Shown here: one piece after another, positions 63,355 through 64,000 of the stretch
How the letters are laid out: each line of letters starts with the position of its first letter
How positions within the stretch are numbered: position 1 is the stretch's first letter
NCBI RefSeq assembly: GCF_037042905.1
Contig: NC_087263.1
Span: 14,696,001 to 14,760,000 of the forward strand
Reading direction: 5' to 3'
Source: Lytechinus pictus
Lineage: Eukaryota
DNA: 64,000 nucleotides
Position numbers and translations under genes: made by a program
Notes under the pieces: model-generated
Databases searched by the model: none
What the model was told of the DNA's origin: nothing
The model's input: only the letters and a program-made list of their open reading frames with translations

Positions 63355-63573
63355 GTGAAGAACTTATGGTAGACTCCTTGAGTGAGCCGATACATATCAA
63401 CATGTCGGTGACAGGAGTCAAGAGAAACCACCGATTGAAATGCCATATCTGGGACGAGGATGTGGAAGAATGGACCGATGAGGGCGTAGAGACGGAGAAG
63501 CTTGATCACGTGAAGGTTGAGTGTATGGTCCCACGTACCGGCACCTGTGTTGTCCTCGCTATACCTCGTGGAG
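63355..63573 (+). CDS. REJ/PKD1-like exon 25 (GPS motif, degenerate)
   Basis: CTGTAG|GTGAA...GGAG|GTGGGT. ELMVDSLSEPIHINM...CHIWDEDVEEWTDEGV...ECMVPRTGTCVVLA. Confidence 0.9.
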
Positions 63574-63689
63574 GTGGGTACTTTGTTATTATTTTTCTGT
63601 TAACACAAGCTGATATTGGTAACATTTAATGCTTACAGCATTTCCACATTTCATTTTACCCATTTTTTCAATGAAGTGTAAAATAGCAT

Positions 63690-63795
63690 TGTTGATTGAA
63701 AAACCTCGGTCATACGTGCCGTGGCCGGGGCTCGAACTTCGGACATTTGTGCGTCTCATGAATAGATCTTAGACCACTCGGTCACGGCACAACCG
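63690..63795 (-). mobile_element. tRNA-derived SINE head in intron 25
   Basis: GTGCCGTGACCGAGTGGTCTAAG...GTTCGAGCCCCGGCCACGGCAC. Confidence 0.6.
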
Positions 63796-64000
63796 CAGGT
63801 AGAGGTGGGTATTGTGATTGAAAGCGTTTAGGTAACTTGGTATGACCAGTATGAAGAAAATAGATGTATGCCTATAATAGATGATATCCTGTGATTGTCC
63901 GAGTCAAAATGATCATCATTTGCTTCCATTGGTGTGAAATATATGAAGAATAATGGTCGCATCCAGAGTTTACCAAAAACGGCCAACTTTTACTGAAAAA

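Larger units (their letters stand above)
34592..63573 (+). other. Multi-exon gene span: PKD1/REJ-family (REJ and GPS domain) cell-surface protein, 25 coding exons in the window, 3' end missing
   Basis: All 25 exons join through GT-AG introns with matching phases and no stops (4975 nt). REJ signature AVIVGG...VLDGSASRDPD...LEFTWRC and GPS-like C.IWD.....WT.EG. Confidence 0.88.

Overview
AT-rich, intron-containing eukaryotic DNA from an invertebrate animal, probably an echinoderm such as a sea urchin (inferred from the repeat families and gene type, not proven). Two divergently oriented genes flank a ~31 kb transposon-dense intergenic region. (1) At the left end, the 5' part of a minus-strand gene with a fibronectin type III exon (180-483), continuing off the window. 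(2) From 34592 to beyond the right end, a plus-strand gene of which 25 coding exons could be joined by hand with GT-AG sites and consistent phases (4975 nt, 1658 codons so far). It encodes a PKD1/REJ-family cell-surface protein: signal peptide, an unrecognised acidic Cys-pinned helical repeat region with a Met/Gly-rich linker, CxxC-type Cys-rich repeats, IPT/TIG-like beta modules, a REJ module, an RRRRR furin-type site and a GAIN/GPS motif that has lost its autoproteolysis residues. Any transmembrane part lies outside the window. The rest is non-autonomous DNA transposons (hAT-, Tc1/mariner-, Harbinger-, Kolobok-, CACTG- and possibly Academ-like, several nested three deep), a Helentron/DINE-like element with an internal tandem array, L2/CR1/Tx1 LINE remnants, tRNA-derived SINEs and long microsatellites. 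Most ORFs in the supplied track are microsatellite or repeat artefacts. No rRNA, genuine tRNA gene or CRISPR array was seen.
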